From Syntrophorhabdaceae bacterium (GTDB lineage Bacteria; Desulfobacterota; Deferrimicrobia; Deferrimicrobiales; Deferrimicrobiaceae), in assembly GCA_009783195.1 (NCBI GenBank), contig WRHP01000005.1:1-57886 (forward strand): a stretch of 57,886 nt of DNA, written 5' to 3'. Below the pieces are notes generated by a model that was not told the DNA's origin, searched no databases, and saw only the letters and a list, made by a program, of their open reading frames with translations. The position numbers and the translations under genes are program-made. Shown piece after piece: positions 56,624-57,886 of this stretch; positions within the stretch are counted from its first letter, which is position 1; every line of letters begins with the position of its first letter.

Positions 56624-57418
56624 ATGAAGAAGGTCACCATTCCGGATGTGGTTGCGATGAAGGCCAAGGGGCGCAGGATAGTGATGGTTACCGCTTATGA
56701 CGCCGCGTTTGCGCGGATTTTCGACGAAGCGGATGTGGATGTTATTTTGGTGGGAGATTCGCTGGGCATGGTAGTCCTTGGTTTTCCTGACACGCTCTCC
56801 GTTACTATGGAGGATATGATCCGGCACACCGAAGCTGTTGCCCGTGGAAGCAAGAGGGCGCACCTGGTGGCGGATATGCCGTTTTTGTCGTACCAGACAT
56901 CCATTCCGGAGGCGATCCGTAACGCCGGACGGTTGTTACAGGCGGGGGCGGCGGCTGTGAAGCTGGAAGGCGGGCGCTCGATGGAGGCGACGATCCGGGC
57001 GATAGCGCAATGCGATATTCCGGTGATGGGGCACATCGGCCTGACTCCGCAGTCGATCCACCGAATGGGTGGCTATAAGGTGCAGGGGAAGACCGACTCG
57101 CAGCGGGAGCGGATCATTGATGACGCGAAGGCTGTGCAGGACGCGGGAGCGTATTCGGTGGTGCTCGAGGGGATTCCGACCGCTCTGGGCGACGAGATCA
57201 CAGCTTTGCTTTCAATTCCAACCATCGGTATCGGCGCGGGCGTACATTGTGACGGGCAGGTGCTTGTAATGCATGACTTCCTTGGGATGTTCGACGACTT
57301 TATGCCGAAATTCGTCAAGCGTTTTACCGAGTTGCGCAAACCAGTCCGGGACGCGGTCGACTCGTTCTCAAGGGAAGTCCGCGATGGGACATTCCCTGGA
57401 GAGGAGCACTCTTTCTGA
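56624..57418 (+). CDS. panB: 3-methyl-2-oxobutanoate hydroxymethyltransferase PanB
   Basis: TAYD, LVGDSLG, DMPF.SY, KLEGG, GHIGLTPQS; AAGGAG RBS before ATG 56624. Confidence 0.97.
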   Translation: MKKVTIPDVVAMKAKGRRIVMVTAYDAAFARIFDEADVDVILVGDSLGMVVLGFPDTLSVTMEDMIRHTEAVARGSKRAHLVADMPFLSYQTSIPEAIRNAGRLLQAGAAAVKLEGGRSMEATIRAIAQCDIPVMGHIGLTPQSIHRMGGYKVQGKTDSQRERIIDDAKAVQDAGAYSVVLEGIPTALGDEITALLSIPTIGIGAGVHCDGQVLVMHDFLGMFDDFMPKFVKRFTELRKPVRDAVDSFSREVRDGTFPGEEHSF

Positions 57419-57886
57419 TGGACATACTCCGGACACCCGAGCGGATGCGCGAGTGGGCCGATGCGCGCAGGGCGGCGCATAACCGGATAGGCTTGGTTCC
57501 AACGATGGGATATCTCCATGGCGGACACATCAGTTTGCTGAATGTCGCGGCGGATTGCGGCTGTGACGCGATCGTGGCATCTATTTTCGTCAACCCGGCG
57601 CAGTTTTCCCCAGACGGGGATTACGAGAAGTATCCGCGGGACGAAAAGAATGATCTGGCGATGCTCGAAAACGCTAAGGTCTCCGCAGTGTATCTTCCGT
57701 CGGTTAGAGATATGTATCCGGATTTATACCAGACGTACGTTGAGGTGAGGAAGGCCTCGCAGGGGCTGTGCGGCGACCAGCGCCCAGGCCATTTCCGCGG
57801 GGTGGCTACGGTGGTGGCAAAGCTGTTCATGGCGGTCAAGCCGCATGTGGCGGTATTTGGAGAGAAAGACTATCAGCAGCTTGTGG
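57418..57886 (+). CDS. panC: pantoate-beta-alanine ligase PanC (3'-truncated by the window)
   Basis: TGATG coupling to panB; translated by eye as MDILRTP...IGLVPTMGYLHGGH.SL...SIFVNP.QF...YPR...RPGHFRGVATVV.KLF...FGEKDYQQL. Confidence 0.95.
   Translation, partial: MDILRTPERMREWADARRAAHNRIGLVPTMGYLHGGHISLLNVAADCGCDAIVASIFVNPAQFSPDGDYEKYPRDEKNDLAMLENAKVSAVYLPSVRDMYPDLYQTYVEVRKASQGLCGDQRPGHFRGVATVVAKLFMAVKPHVAVFGEKDYQQLV

Noticed and set aside
1-57886. CRISPR arrays, tRNA/rRNA genes, integrases or IS elements
   Set aside because: No regularly spaced short repeats, cloverleaf-like genes or recombinase/transposase ORFs were seen; intergenic gaps are short and mostly explained.

Overview
A single-orientation (+ strand) bacterial region. 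About 47 kb (1015-48044) is a flagellar motility supercluster. In order it carries: fliLMNOPQR-flhBA-flhF-fleN/flhG-fliA; a sigma28-driven chemotaxis module (HEAT-repeat protein, cheR, two CheY-like receivers, cheZ, HDOD protein) with no cheA/cheW/cheB/MCP in the window; flgFGAHIJ-flgMNKL-csrA-fliW; a FliK-like/FlhB-C-like pair; an HD-GYP protein; fliC-flaG-fliD-fliS-fliT-like; a ~10 kb putative flagellin glycosylation island; a REC-GAF-HD-GYP protein; a PilZ protein; and two tandem motAB stator pairs. Housekeeping genes follow: a PerR/Fur regulator (- strand), tolQRAB-pal-cpoB, DUF4870, tsaD, rsmA, a deoxynucleoside kinase, panB and panC (truncated at the window end). Gene style suggests a deltaproteobacterial/Nitrospirota-like organism (inference only). 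The most striking structure is the glycosylation island. A junction element (gene end + AGGAAATGACGCC + start of a Maf-like N-terminal module) occurs three times: two ~536-bp copies about 95% identical and one decayed ~89-bp copy. These copies bracket AT-rich foreign genes and have produced new domain fusions (Maf-N + methyltransferase; unknown domain + TPR), which suggests a domain-shuffling cassette array for flagellar glycan variation. Regulatory signals readable directly from the sequence include sigma54 promoters with two different enhancer-like palindromes, three sigma28 promoters, CsrA sites in the flagellin leader, a sigma54 motif embedded in a terminator hairpin, and a structured panB leader. 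No rRNA, tRNA, CRISPR or recognisable transposase was seen.
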